From positions 1 through 41,744 of the forward strand of contig DAOVXU010000001.1 in NCBI GenBank assembly GCA_030635995.1: a stretch of DNA of 41,744 nt, read 5' to 3'. Of this stretch, positions 8,763 to 18,595 are shown one piece after another. Source of the stretch: Arcobacter sp. (GTDB lineage: Bacteria > Campylobacterota > Campylobacteria > Campylobacterales > Arcobacteraceae). The notes beneath the pieces were generated by a model. The model worked only from the letters and a program-made list of their open reading frames with translations, made no database searches and was not told where the DNA came from. Numbering within the stretch: position 1 is the stretch's first letter; each line of letters opens with the position of its first letter. The position numbers and the translations under genes are program-made.

Positions 8763-9762
8763 TACCTATTTTGAAGATTGGTTATATAAAGAAGATGGTT
8801 ATTATGCCAATTATAAAGTTATAGGTAAAGAGGGAGATTTTTTCACTGCCGTTTCTACAAGTAAATTTTTTGGTGGCTCTATTGCAAATAGATTGATTGA
8901 AACTATAAATAGTGGATTTTTACCAAAAAATACAACTATTGTAGAGGTTGGGGCTCATCATGGATATTTATCGGCTGATATAATCCAATTTATCCACACT
9001 ATTCAACCTGAACTTTTAGATACATTAAATTTTGCAATAGTTGAGAGATATGATTCTTTACAACAAAAACAAAAAGAGTATTTTAAAAATTCATTTGGAG
9101 CTGTTATAAATCTAAAACATTATAACTCTATAGAAGATATTAAATTAGAAAATGCTTTTATTGTTGCAAATGAGATATTTGATGCTTTCCCTTGTGAATT
9201 AGTTTATACTACAAAAGATAAAGTTTTACAGCAAGGTTTTGTAAAAAATAATAAAATAGAATTTGTAGATTGTGAAGATAAAGAGATTTTAAAAACTTGT
9301 AAAGATAATCATATAACAAAAGGGGAATTACCTTTAGGATTTAAATCATTTGCAAAAACTTTAGCCTCAAATATTAAAACATTTGAATTTGTAACATTTG
9401 ATTATGGAGATGAGTATCCACGAAATGATTTCTCTTGTAGAGTGTATGAAAAACATAAAGTTTATCCTATTTTTGATGAAGAGATAAAACTTGAAGAGTT
9501 ATTTAAAAAAACAGATATTACTTATGATGTAAATTTTTCATATTTAATAAATTGTTTTAAAGAGGTTGGTGTTGAAAATATTATCTATGAAACACAACTA
9601 AAAGCATTAGTAAGATTTGGAATAATTGACCTACTTGAGATATTACATAAAAATGCAGATGAAAAAACTTATTTAAGAGAAACAAATAAAATCAAAACTT
9701 TACTAGAGCCAACTGGTATGGGTGATAGATTTAAAATGGCAACATTTAGAAACTATAAATAA
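8749..9762 (+). CDS. SAM-dependent methyltransferase, MidA / NDUFAF7 (DUF185, COG1565) family
   Basis: GDFFTAVSTSKFFGGSIANRL followed by the SAM-binding stretch IVEVGAHHGYLSADI, plus ANEIFDAFP. This is the typical family layout. Overlaps the upstream gene by 14 nt. Confidence 0.7.
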   Translation: MIKFSTYFEDWLYKEDGYYANYKVIGKEGDFFTAVSTSKFFGGSIANRLIETINSGFLPKNTTIVEVGAHHGYLSADIIQFIHTIQPELLDTLNFAIVERYDSLQQKQKEYFKNSFGAVINLKHYNSIEDIKLENAFIVANEIFDAFPCELVYTTKDKVLQQGFVKNNKIEFVDCEDKEILKTCKDNHITKGELPLGFKSFAKTLASNIKTFEFVTFDYGDEYPRNDFSCRVYEKHKVYPIFDEEIKLEELFKKTDITYDVNFSYLINCFKEVGVENIIYETQLKALVRFGIIDLLEILHKNADEKTYLRETNKIKTLLEPTGMGDRFKMATFRNYK

Positions 9763-9774
9763 AGAGAGTAAAAT

Positions 9775-11079
9775 ATGAATAACAATATATCAATAATTAT
9801 CTTAGCTGCTGGAAAAGGGACTCGTATGAAGTCATCGCTTCCAAAAGTACTACATAAAATTTCTGGTTTTGAGATGCTTTATTATAGTATTCTTGAAGCT
9901 CAAAAGTTATCAGATGATATCCATGTAGTTTTATATCATCAAGCTTCTTTAGTGCAAAAAACTATGGAAAAATATTTTACAGATGTAAAATTTTCTATCC
10001 AAGACCATGAAAACTATCCAGGGACTGGTGGTGCTGTTATGGGTCTGAAATTAAAATATCCTCAAACTTTAGTTTTAAATGGAGATATGCCATTGATTCA
10101 AGCACCTGAATTAAAACATTTAGTAGTGGTAGATCAAACTATAACTATGTCTATTTTTGAACTACTTGATGCTACTGGGTATGGTAGAGTAATTATTGAA
10201 AATGGGAATGTTAAAAAGATTGTTGAACAAAAAGATTGCAATAAATATGAATTGGAAGTTAAAACTGCAAATGCGGGTATATATTGTTTTGATACAAATT
10301 TTTTACAAGAGAATTTGCCAAAACTTTCAAATAATAATGCACAAGAGGAATACTATATAACAGATTTAGTTGAAATTGCTATTGCACAATATTTAAATGT
10401 AAAACCTGTAATTGTAAGCCAAGAGAATTTTAAAGGGGTAAACTCTAAAATTGATCTATGTGATGCAGAAGTTATACATCAACATAGGATAAAAAAAGAG
10501 TTTATGGCAAATGGTGTTATTATGAGATTGCCTGATACTATCTATATTGAAAGTTCTGTTAAAATAGAGGGTGAATCTATTTTGGAAAATGGTGTTACAC
10601 TTTTAGGTAATAGTAAAATAATAAATTCTCATATCAAAACAAATAGTGTAGTAGAAAATTCAATTTTAGAAAATAGTGATATTGGACCAATGGCAAGAAT
10701 TAGACCATTGTCAATTCTAAAAGATACATATATTGGAAATTTTGTAGAGGTTAAAAAATCAACTTTAAATGGTGTAAAAGCTGGTCATCTATCATACTTA
10801 GGGGATAGTGAAATTGATACAGGTACAAATATAGGAGCAGGTACAATTACTTGCAACTATGATGGTAAAAATAAATTTAAAACAATCATTGGTAAAAATG
10901 TATTTATTGGCTCAGATACACAACTTGTAGCACCTATTACCTTAGAAGATAATTGTATGATTGGTGCAGGAACTACAGTAACTAAAGATGTAAAAAGTGG
11001 AGAGTTAATAACAACAAGAAGTAAACCAAGAATTATAACTGGTTTCTTTTATAAATTTTTTGGAAAGGAAAATAAATAG
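9775..11079 (+). CDS. glmU: bifunctional UDP-N-acetylglucosamine pyrophosphorylase / GlcN-1-P acetyltransferase
   Basis: N-terminal IIILAAGKGTRMKSSLPKVLH. C-terminal left-handed beta-helix hexapeptide repeats ending in NYDGKNKFKTIIG. Confidence 0.93.
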   Translation: MNNNISIIILAAGKGTRMKSSLPKVLHKISGFEMLYYSILEAQKLSDDIHVVLYHQASLVQKTMEKYFTDVKFSIQDHENYPGTGGAVMGLKLKYPQTLVLNGDMPLIQAPELKHLVVVDQTITMSIFELLDATGYGRVIIENGNVKKIVEQKDCNKYELEVKTANAGIYCFDTNFLQENLPKLSNNNAQEEYYITDLVEIAIAQYLNVKPVIVSQENFKGVNSKIDLCDAEVIHQHRIKKEFMANGVIMRLPDTIYIESSVKIEGESILENGVTLLGNSKIINSHIKTNSVVENSILENSDIGPMARIRPLSILKDTYIGNFVEVKKSTLNGVKAGHLSYLGDSEIDTGTNIGAGTITCNYDGKNKFKTIIGKNVFIGSDTQLVAPITLEDNCMIGAGTTVTKDVKSGELITTRSKPRIITGFFYKFFGKENK

Positions 11080-12350
11080 TGCAATTATTAAAAGATAAAA
11101 GAATCCTTGTAGCAGTTACAGGAAGTATTGCTATATATAAATCACTTGAACTTATCCGTTTATATATAAAAGCAGGTGCTGAAGTAAAAGTGTTAATGAC
11201 ACAAAGTGCTACAAGATTTATAACCCCTCTTGCTTTTGAAACTATTTCACAAAATAAAGTTTTAGATGAAAGTACTGAAGATTGGAGTACTGATAGTGTT
11301 AATAATCACATTTCAATAGGAAAATGGGCTGATATATTTGTATTAGCTCCAGCAACTGCAAATACAATAAATAAACTTTCAAATGGTATCGCTGATAATT
11401 TACTTCTTCAAACAGCTTTAGCATATCCTAAAATAAAACTTCTTTGCCCTGCTGCAAATACAAATATGATGCAAAATCCATTTACAAAAGCCTCATTAAA
11501 GATGCTAAAACTTTGTAATTTTAAAGTTATAAATTCTATTACAAAAGAGTTAGCTTGTAAAGATATTGGTGATGGGGCTATGGCAGAGGTTGAAGATATT
11601 TTCCATGCAACTTGTAAAGAGTTATTAAAAGATAACTATTGGAGTGATCGAAAAGTTGTCTTAAATGGTGGTGGTACTATTGAGAAAATTGATGATATAA
11701 GATACATAAGTAATTTTAGTAGTGGAAAGATGGCTATGGCTATGGCTATGGCTTTATATTATAAAGGTGCTGATGTATGTTTGATTACTACTTCAAATAT
11801 TACACTACCAAGTGATATACATACAATAAAAGTTGAAAGTACACAAGAGATGTTTGAATATATTGAAGATTCTATTAGAGTTGCTAAAAAAGGTAAACTA
11901 AGTGAAGCTACACTTATGAATAGTTCTGAAATCAAACTAATTCAAAAAAAGCCTTACTTCTTTGGTGTAGCAGCTATTAGTGATTATATTCCAACTTTTC
12001 CACAAAATGGTAAAATAAAAAAAGATGCTATTGGTGACAATTGGGATTTAAAATTAAAAAAGAATACTGATATTTTAAAATCTCTTGATAAAACTGATAT
12101 TTATACTATTGGATTTAAAGCAGAGATGGCTAAAGATGTTGCAAAATCTAATGCTATCAATATGCTTAAGGCTAAAAACTTAGATGGTGTATGTTTAAAT
12201 ATTATCTCAGATTCAAATCAATTTGGTAGTGATACAAATAGTATAGAGCTTATTACAAAAAAAGATTTTACAACTACATTTGAAAATCAAACTAAATTAG
12301 AACTCTCTATAAATATTTTAGCCAATTTAAAAGAGCAATTTGTTGAATAA
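11079..12350 (+). CDS. coaBC: bifunctional phosphopantothenoylcysteine decarboxylase / synthetase
   Basis: Flavoprotein N-domain ILVAVTGSIAIYKSLELIR and PATANTINKLSNGIADNLL. CoaB domain ISNFSSGKMA. The GTG start overlaps the glmU stop (TAGTG). Confidence 0.9.
   Translation: MQLLKDKRILVAVTGSIAIYKSLELIRLYIKAGAEVKVLMTQSATRFITPLAFETISQNKVLDESTEDWSTDSVNNHISIGKWADIFVLAPATANTINKLSNGIADNLLLQTALAYPKIKLLCPAANTNMMQNPFTKASLKMLKLCNFKVINSITKELACKDIGDGAMAEVEDIFHATCKELLKDNYWSDRKVVLNGGGTIEKIDDIRYISNFSSGKMAMAMAMALYYKGADVCLITTSNITLPSDIHTIKVESTQEMFEYIEDSIRVAKKGKLSEATLMNSSEIKLIQKKPYFFGVAAISDYIPTFPQNGKIKKDAIGDNWDLKLKKNTDILKSLDKTDIYTIGFKAEMAKDVAKSNAINMLKAKNLDGVCLNIISDSNQFGSDTNSIELITKKDFTTTFENQTKLELSINILANLKEQFVE
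11730..11753 (+). repeat. in-frame hexanucleotide microsatellite (ATGGCT)x4 inside coaBC
   Basis: Direct reading gives atggct repeated four times, encoding MAMAMAMA right after the conserved SSGK motif. Confidence 0.9.
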
Positions 12351-13038
12351 TATCTCAAAAATAGAACTACCAAAACATATTGCTATAATTATGGATGGAA
12401 ATGGTAGATGGGCAAAAGAGCAAGGATTAAAAAGAACAGCAGGACATGAGCAAGGTGCAAAAACTGTTAGAGATATTACAATTCATTGTAGTAACATAGG
12501 GATAAAATATTTAACTTTATATGCCTTTTCTACAGAAAACTGGAGTAGACCAAAACTTGAAGTTGAATTTTTAATGAAACTACTTGAAAGATATTTTAAA
12601 AGTGAATTAGAAGTATATATATCAAATAATGTAAAATTTAAAGCTATTGGAAATATAAGTAAATTTTCTAAAAGACTACAAAAAGTTATAAATGACACAC
12701 AAGATAAAACAGCTCACTGTACAGGTTTAACTCAAATTATTGCATTAAATTATGGTAGTCGTGATGAGATAGTAAGAGCTGTTAAGAAATTAAATAAAAA
12801 TAATCTAGAAGTTACTGAAGACAATATAAATAACTGTTTAGATACCGCAGGGATTGATGATGTTGATCTACTAATTCGTACAAGTGGAGAGGTTAGAATA
12901 TCTAACTATCTATTATGGCAATGTGCTTATGCTGAGATGTTTTTTATTGATTCATATTGGCCAGAATTTTGCACAAATGAACTTGATGATATACTTTCAG
13001 ATTTCAATAAAAGAGTAAGAAGATTTGGTGGAATTTAA
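12340..13038 (+). CDS. uppS: undecaprenyl (di-trans,poly-cis-decaprenylcistransferase) diphosphate synthase
   Basis: HIAIIMDGNGRWA and LLIRTSGEVRISNYLLWQCAYAEMFF. TTG start overlaps the coaBC end. The exact start is uncertain, as there are two adjacent TTG codons. Confidence 0.9.
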   Translation: MLNNISKIELPKHIAIIMDGNGRWAKEQGLKRTAGHEQGAKTVRDITIHCSNIGIKYLTLYAFSTENWSRPKLEVEFLMKLLERYFKSELEVYISNNVKFKAIGNISKFSKRLQKVINDTQDKTAHCTGLTQIIALNYGSRDEIVRAVKKLNKNNLEVTEDNINNCLDTAGIDDVDLLIRTSGEVRISNYLLWQCAYAEMFFIDSYWPEFCTNELDDILSDFNKRVRRFGGI

Positions 13039-13041
13039 TAT

Positions 13042-13815
13042 ATGATAGATGTTTTAGTATTTATTTATGGACTTATTTTAGGTAGTTTTTTTAATGTTTT
13101 AATATATAGACTACCTTTAAATATATCTATTTTAAATCCTAAAAGATCATTTTGTATATCTTGTAATAAACAAATAAAATGGTATGAAAATATCCCTATT
13201 CTCTCTTATATATTATTAAAAGGTGAGTGTAGTAATTGTAAAGTAAAAATATCTATACTTTATCCAATTATTGAATTAACCACTGCAATTACTACTATTT
13301 TACTATTTCATAAACTTGAATTAAATCTTGACTTTTTTATAATACTACTACTATTTTATACCCTTATTATTTTATTATTTATCGATTTTAAATATAAAGC
13401 TGTTCCAGATTATCTACTTTTAATTGCTCTTTTATTATCGTTTTTAGTTGAAAGTTTTTCATTTAAAAATGCACTTTTATTTGCTGGTGGATTTAGTTTA
13501 TTAAACTTTTTTATAACTTATTATATACAAAATATTAAATCAAAACTTACATCTAATGATGATTTGAGAGAACAAACTGCTTTAGGGGAAGGTGATATTC
13601 CCATAGTTGCAATTATTGGTGGTATTTTAAATATAAAATTAGCACTAACAGCTATCTTTTTATCTGCAATTTTTGCTATAATCCCTTCTATATATAGTAC
13701 AATTAAAAATAATGATATAGAAACACCATTTATCCCATACTTAGTGTTAGGATTGTTTTGTTGTTTTATTTTTGATAATCAAATTATAAATATATTAAAT
13801 GGGATATTACAATGA
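13042..13815 (+). CDS. prepilin (type IV leader) peptidase, A24 family
   Basis: N-terminal Cys-rich box CISCNKQIKWYENIPILSYILLKGECSNCK. Catalytic Asp contexts FIDFKYKAVPD and GEGDIPIVA. Multi-TM protein. Confidence 0.8.
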   Translation: MIDVLVFIYGLILGSFFNVLIYRLPLNISILNPKRSFCISCNKQIKWYENIPILSYILLKGECSNCKVKISILYPIIELTTAITTILLFHKLELNLDFFIILLLFYTLIILLFIDFKYKAVPDYLLLIALLLSFLVESFSFKNALLFAGGFSLLNFFITYYIQNIKSKLTSNDDLREQTALGEGDIPIVAIIGGILNIKLALTAIFLSAIFAIIPSIYSTIKNNDIETPFIPYLVLGLFCCFIFDNQIINILNGILQ

Positions 13816-14831
13816 GTCTTTTAAAAAGATATTTATCAAAAACTATTTCACAAACTTTTTTCCCAATCTTTTTAACACTATTTGCTATAACTTCTGTTAT
13901 TTTTTTAGTAAAAATTGCATCATTAACCTCAGTTATCACTATGAATTTTAAAGAATTATTATTTTTATATTCATTAACTGTACCTCAAATATTATTCTAC
14001 ACTCTCCCTATAACTTTTTTTATATCTGTTATAATAAATCTTTCTAAACTATCAAATGAATATGAACTTATTGTTATTACTAGTTTTGGACTTTCCCCTT
14101 TAAAACTATTAAAACTTTTAATTCCTATCTCATTACTTATGTCTTTAGCTTTATTTGTTATATCTTTTATACTTATTCCACAAGCTGATTATATGGAAGA
14201 ATCTTTTATGAATAAAAAACAACAAGAGGCACAATTTAATATAAAAGCTAGTGAATATGGTCAAAAATTTGGTCCTTGGTATATTTACGTACAAGAGAAG
14301 AAGAAAAAATACTATAATGATATAATATTATTCCAACCACAACAAAATGAAGATACTTTTATACTATCGCAAAAAGCAACTATGAAAAATAAAGATGGAT
14401 TACTAAGTCTAGAATTATATGAAGGAAGTGCTTCAACAATCACTAATAAAATAAATCAAATTGATTTTTCTAAAATGTCAATGAACAATAGACTAAAGAA
14501 AGCTAAAAAAATATCTTCGCTTAGTAATATTATTAATTATTGGAAAAATACTAAAAAAGAATCAACAAAAAGAAGAATGATTCTTCAAAATACTTTTATA
14601 GCATTATTACCATTTATCTCAATACTATTTTATATCTCATTTGGATATTTTAATCCAAGATATGAAAAAAATAGAAATACTATCTATGCGATATTATTAG
14701 TTATTTTTTATATGATAGTTACTCAAAATATTTCTACATATCGAGAGTTTTATCTATTATTAGTTGTTCCTCCTGTATGGTTATTTATATCATTTTTATT
14801 TTATTTTAAAAGAATAAAACCTTATTATTAA
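13812..14831 (+). CDS. LptF/LptG (YjgP/YjgQ) family LPS export permease
   Basis: N-terminal LLKRYLSKTISQTFFPIFLTLFAITSVIFLV, a central periplasmic beta-jellyroll-sized insert, and three C-terminal TM helices. 4-nt overlap with the upstream gene. Confidence 0.72.
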   Translation: MSLLKRYLSKTISQTFFPIFLTLFAITSVIFLVKIASLTSVITMNFKELLFLYSLTVPQILFYTLPITFFISVIINLSKLSNEYELIVITSFGLSPLKLLKLLIPISLLMSLALFVISFILIPQADYMEESFMNKKQQEAQFNIKASEYGQKFGPWYIYVQEKKKKYYNDIILFQPQQNEDTFILSQKATMKNKDGLLSLELYEGSASTITNKINQIDFSKMSMNNRLKKAKKISSLSNIINYWKNTKKESTKRRMILQNTFIALLPFISILFYISFGYFNPRYEKNRNTIYAILLVIFYMIVTQNISTYREFYLLLVVPPVWLFISFLFYFKRIKPYY

Positions 14832-14845
14832 ATTTAAAATTATCA

Positions 14846-15568
14846 ATGACAATAAAATTAACAATTAGCTACGATGGTTCCAAATTTAACGGTTCACAAA
14901 AACAACCAAATATTATAACTGTACAAGGGGAACTAGATAATTCACTAAAACAACTTGGTATTAATAGTAAAACTAACTTTAGTGGAAGAACTGATAAGGA
15001 TGTACATGCTTCATCTCAAGTTGTATCTTGTACTATACCTACATATTGGAATGACCTTAATAAACTTAAATCAAAACTAAATCATATACTACACAATTCA
15101 ATTAAAATTAAATCTATAATAGAAGTTGATAATAATTTCCATGCAAGGTTTAGTGCCAAAAAAAGATCATATAGATATATTATCTCTAAAAACAGATTAA
15201 CGGCTTTTAACTGTAACTATATGCATTTTAAAAAGGATATAGATATAAAACTATTAAAAAAAATATCTTCACTTTTTATAGGTGTTCATGATTTTGAATA
15301 TTTTAGTAAAAAAGGTAGTGAACCAATTAGTACAATTAGAGAGATTTATAGTATAAAAATATATGAATATAAAGATTTAATAGTTATCAATTTTAATGCA
15401 AATTCATATTTAAGAAGTCAAATCAGAATGATAGTTGATTTTTTATTGAAAATTTCTGATAATAAATTGACTTTAGAAGATTTAAAAAATCAATTAAATA
15501 AAAAAAAGCTAGTATCATGGACACTAGCTCCTCCTAATGGATTATATCTTAGTAGAATTAACTACTAA
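14846..15568 (+). CDS. truA: tRNA pseudouridine(38-40) synthase
   Basis: ISYDGSKFNGSQKQ, catalytic Asp context SGRTDKDVHA, and RSYRY. Confidence 0.9.
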   Translation: MTIKLTISYDGSKFNGSQKQPNIITVQGELDNSLKQLGINSKTNFSGRTDKDVHASSQVVSCTIPTYWNDLNKLKSKLNHILHNSIKIKSIIEVDNNFHARFSAKKRSYRYIISKNRLTAFNCNYMHFKKDIDIKLLKKISSLFIGVHDFEYFSKKGSEPISTIREIYSIKIYEYKDLIVINFNANSYLRSQIRMIVDFLLKISDNKLTLEDLKNQLNKKKLVSWTLAPPNGLYLSRINY

Positions 15569-17058
15569 AATCCACTTGTTTGTACTGCACTACTTACAAT
15601 ATCTAAAATTGGACTAACCCAGAATATTGAAGTGATTGCAAATGTAACTGCAATAGCAATTATAACTTTTAGAATCGTACCACTCATCTCAGTATACTCT
15701 AAAACTTTACCATCTTCTCTTTGCATAAAGAACATATAAACAATAAGTTTTAAATAATAAAATGCTGCAATAGCAGAATTAAGTACCATAATAATAGCTA
15801 ATAATACTTCACCAGCATTTATAGTTGCACTTACAAGATACATTTTACCCCAAAATACAGCAAATGGTGGTACACCTGCTAATCCAAACATTAATATAGC
15901 CAATAAGACAGCAGACAATGGTGAAGTCTTAATTAAACCTGTAAATTTATCATATTGATAATCAGATTTAAACCCATAAAATGATGGCTTCTCTTTAGTT
16001 CTATGTACCCATAACATAGCAAATGCTCCTAAATTTACAAAAGCAAATAAAATCCAATATAAAAATAGACCTTCAAGAGCTTGTGTAGTACCAAGCATAA
16101 TAGCAACTAATACAAATCCTGCATGAGAAATTGATGAATATGCTAACATCCTTTTTACATCAGTTTGAACCAAAGCAACTATATTTGGCAATGTCATTGT
16201 AATAATCGCAACACCATATAATATACCATGAACCCAAGCATTGTTTGCAGAGATAAATATCTCAAAAAATCTTATTGCTACAACTAATGTTGCAATTTTA
16301 GGAACAATAGCAATATAACCTGCCATTGCAGCACTAGAACCCTCATAAACGTCTGGAGCCCATACATGAAAAGGAACTAAAGATAATTTAAATCCTAATG
16401 CAGCTAACATAAAAACAACACCAACTAATACAACTGTATAATTCTCAAAATTATCATTTGCAAAATGTTGAGCAATTACAGATAATTCTATACTTCCTGT
16501 TAAATAATAAAATACCATAGAACCAAATGCAAAAAAACCAGCTGCTAAAGCACCCATTGTAAAGTACTTCATAGCACCTTCTATTGATTTACTAGTATTA
16601 TGCATTGCAATCATTGCATATAAACTCATAGATGCTGTTTCAAGTCCTACAAAAATTAGAATTAAATTATCAGAAGCTGTCATAATTTGAAAACCAGCTG
16701 TCATAAATAAGAACAATGCAAAATATTCAGGATAAGTATATTCATGAAATCTTTGTTTTGATAAACTTAAGAATATAAATAAACCAGAAGCGATAATAAT
16801 TATAGCTTGTGCCAATAATGATATGCCATCAATTAACATAACATCAAAGAAACCTCTAGTTGCACCAGCATAACTTATAACTGCACCTAAATCAAGAATT
16901 AAAAACAATATAGTTAAAACAACATAAAGATGTTTATCTGTATGTTTAGAAAACATATCAATACATAAAATTACTAATGCACCAATTATCGCTATTGACA
17001 TTGGAGCAATTGAAGCTAAATTTAAACTAGCTACATCGATTTGAATTGGAGTCATCAT
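15565..17058 (-). CDS. nuoN: NADH:quinone oxidoreductase subunit N
   Basis: Antiporter-like 14-TM protein, with LAYSSISHAGF and VPFHVWAPDVYEGS. Last gene of the nuo operon. Its start overlaps the nuoM stop (TAATG). Confidence 0.92.
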   Translation of the reverse strand: MMTPIQIDVASLNLASIAPMSIAIIGALVILCIDMFSKHTDKHLYVVLTILFLILDLGAVISYAGATRGFFDVMLIDGISLLAQAIIIIASGLFIFLSLSKQRFHEYTYPEYFALFLFMTAGFQIMTASDNLILIFVGLETASMSLYAMIAMHNTSKSIEGAMKYFTMGALAAGFFAFGSMVFYYLTGSIELSVIAQHFANDNFENYTVVLVGVVFMLAALGFKLSLVPFHVWAPDVYEGSSAAMAGYIAIVPKIATLVVAIRFFEIFISANNAWVHGILYGVAIITMTLPNIVALVQTDVKRMLAYSSISHAGFVLVAIMLGTTQALEGLFLYWILFAFVNLGAFAMLWVHRTKEKPSFYGFKSDYQYDKFTGLIKTSPLSAVLLAILMFGLAGVPPFAVFWGKMYLVSATINAGEVLLAIIMVLNSAIAAFYYLKLIVYMFFMQREDGKVLEYTEMSGTILKVIIAIAVTFAITSIFWVSPILDIVSSAVQTSGF

Positions 17059-18584
17059 TATTTTTTCTCCCCTATTGTATTTACTTTTATAATTGTTTCT
17101 TGAGCTCTAGAAGTAACTGCTCTTTCAGTCATAACTTGAACAAGTTGTTTAACACTCGCATCAACTGGCTCTAAAATTGGTTTAGGATGTACCCCTAAAT
17201 AAACTACTAGAAACACTAATGGAAGAAGTGCTGAATACTCTTTACCATTTAAATCTTTTAAATCTAAATTTGATTTATTTGTAACTGCACCAAAAAATGT
17301 TCTTTTATATAAAACTAACATATAAATTGCACCTAAAATAATTGTTAAACCAGCAATTGCAGTTAAAACTGGAGAAACTGCAAAGTAACCTAATAGTGAC
17401 AAAAATTCACCAACAAAACCAATTGTTAAAGGTAACCCAACTGATGCCATAAGCATAATACCAAATATAAGAGCATACATTGGCATAACTCTAGCTAATC
17501 CACCAAATTCGCTCATCATTTTTGTATGCTTTCTATCATAAATAACACCAACTAACATAAATAGTGCTCCTGATACTACACCATGAGATATCATTAAAAA
17601 TAAACTCCCACCAATACCTTCAACATTTAATGCAAAAATACCAAGTATAATAACACCCATATGAGATACTGAACTATAAGCAATTACTTGTTTTATATCC
17701 TCTTGTGCATAAGCTACCATTGCTGTATATATAATTGCAATTACAGCTAATACACCCATTGGTATCATAAAAGCAACCGAAGCATCTGGAAATAATGGTA
17801 AAGAAAATCTTATAAATCCATATGTTCCCATTTTAAGTAAAATTGCAGCAAGTATAACCGAACCAATAGTAGGTGCTTGTCCATGCGCATAAGGTAACCA
17901 TGTATGAAATGGAACCATAGGTACTTTAATAGCAAATCCTAAGAAAAATGCAACAAATAACCAAAGTTGAGTATTTAATGATAATGGTAACATATACCAA
18001 TCCATTAAATTAAAACTCCATGTTCCTGTTGTTTGTTGATATATAAATGCTAAATATAACATACCAACAAGCATAATTAATGAACCTGTAAATGTATATA
18101 AAAAGAATTTAACCGAAGCATAAATTCTTCTAGGACCTCCCCAAGCACCAATGATATATAACATAGGTACAAGAGAAAATTCCCAAAATACATAGAATAC
18201 AATAGCATCAAGAGCAACAAATACACCAACCATAGCCATCTCTAAAAATAATACAGTGATAATAAGATTTTTTAAATTTCTAGTTTCAGTTAAACCTATA
18301 AGAGAGATCATTGTAATAAATGTAGTCATTATTATTAAAAATAATGATATACCATCAATTCCTAAATTATAAGCAATCCCATACTGTGTAACAAGAGGTA
18401 TATATTCAGTAAACTGCATACCACCATTTGCTGTTTCAAAGTTATACCACAATACACATGATATAAAAAATTCTATAGCTGTAACAACTATACCGTATAC
18501 TCTAATAGCATCTTTCTCTACAAGCAATCCAATTATTGCTGCAAATACTGGAAAAAATATTAAAATAGATAAAATATGTTCCAT
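17058..18584 (-). CDS. nuoM: NADH:quinone oxidoreductase subunit M
   Basis: Antiporter-like subunit, with VPFHTWLPYAHGQAPT, IAYSSVSHMG and WEFSLVPMY. Confidence 0.93.
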   Translation of the reverse strand: MEHILSILIFFPVFAAIIGLLVEKDAIRVYGIVVTAIEFFISCVLWYNFETANGGMQFTEYIPLVTQYGIAYNLGIDGISLFLIIMTTFITMISLIGLTETRNLKNLIITVLFLEMAMVGVFVALDAIVFYVFWEFSLVPMLYIIGAWGGPRRIYASVKFFLYTFTGSLIMLVGMLYLAFIYQQTTGTWSFNLMDWYMLPLSLNTQLWLFVAFFLGFAIKVPMVPFHTWLPYAHGQAPTIGSVILAAILLKMGTYGFIRFSLPLFPDASVAFMIPMGVLAVIAIIYTAMVAYAQEDIKQVIAYSSVSHMGVIILGIFALNVEGIGGSLFLMISHGVVSGALFMLVGVIYDRKHTKMMSEFGGLARVMPMYALIFGIMLMASVGLPLTIGFVGEFLSLLGYFAVSPVLTAIAGLTIILGAIYMLVLYKRTFFGAVTNKSNLDLKDLNGKEYSALLPLVFLVVYLGVHPKPILEPVDASVKQLVQVMTERAVTSRAQETIIKVNTIGEKK

Positions 18585-18595
18585 TCTTTTCTCCC

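Noticed and set aside
11730-11753. (ATGGCT)x4 repeat in coaBC as a phase- or length-variable locus
   Set aside because: The repeat unit is 6 nt, so slippage stays in frame. The spacing from SSGK to the following G-A matches my recollection of other CoaBC proteins, so there is no evidence of expansion. It is recorded as a feature only.
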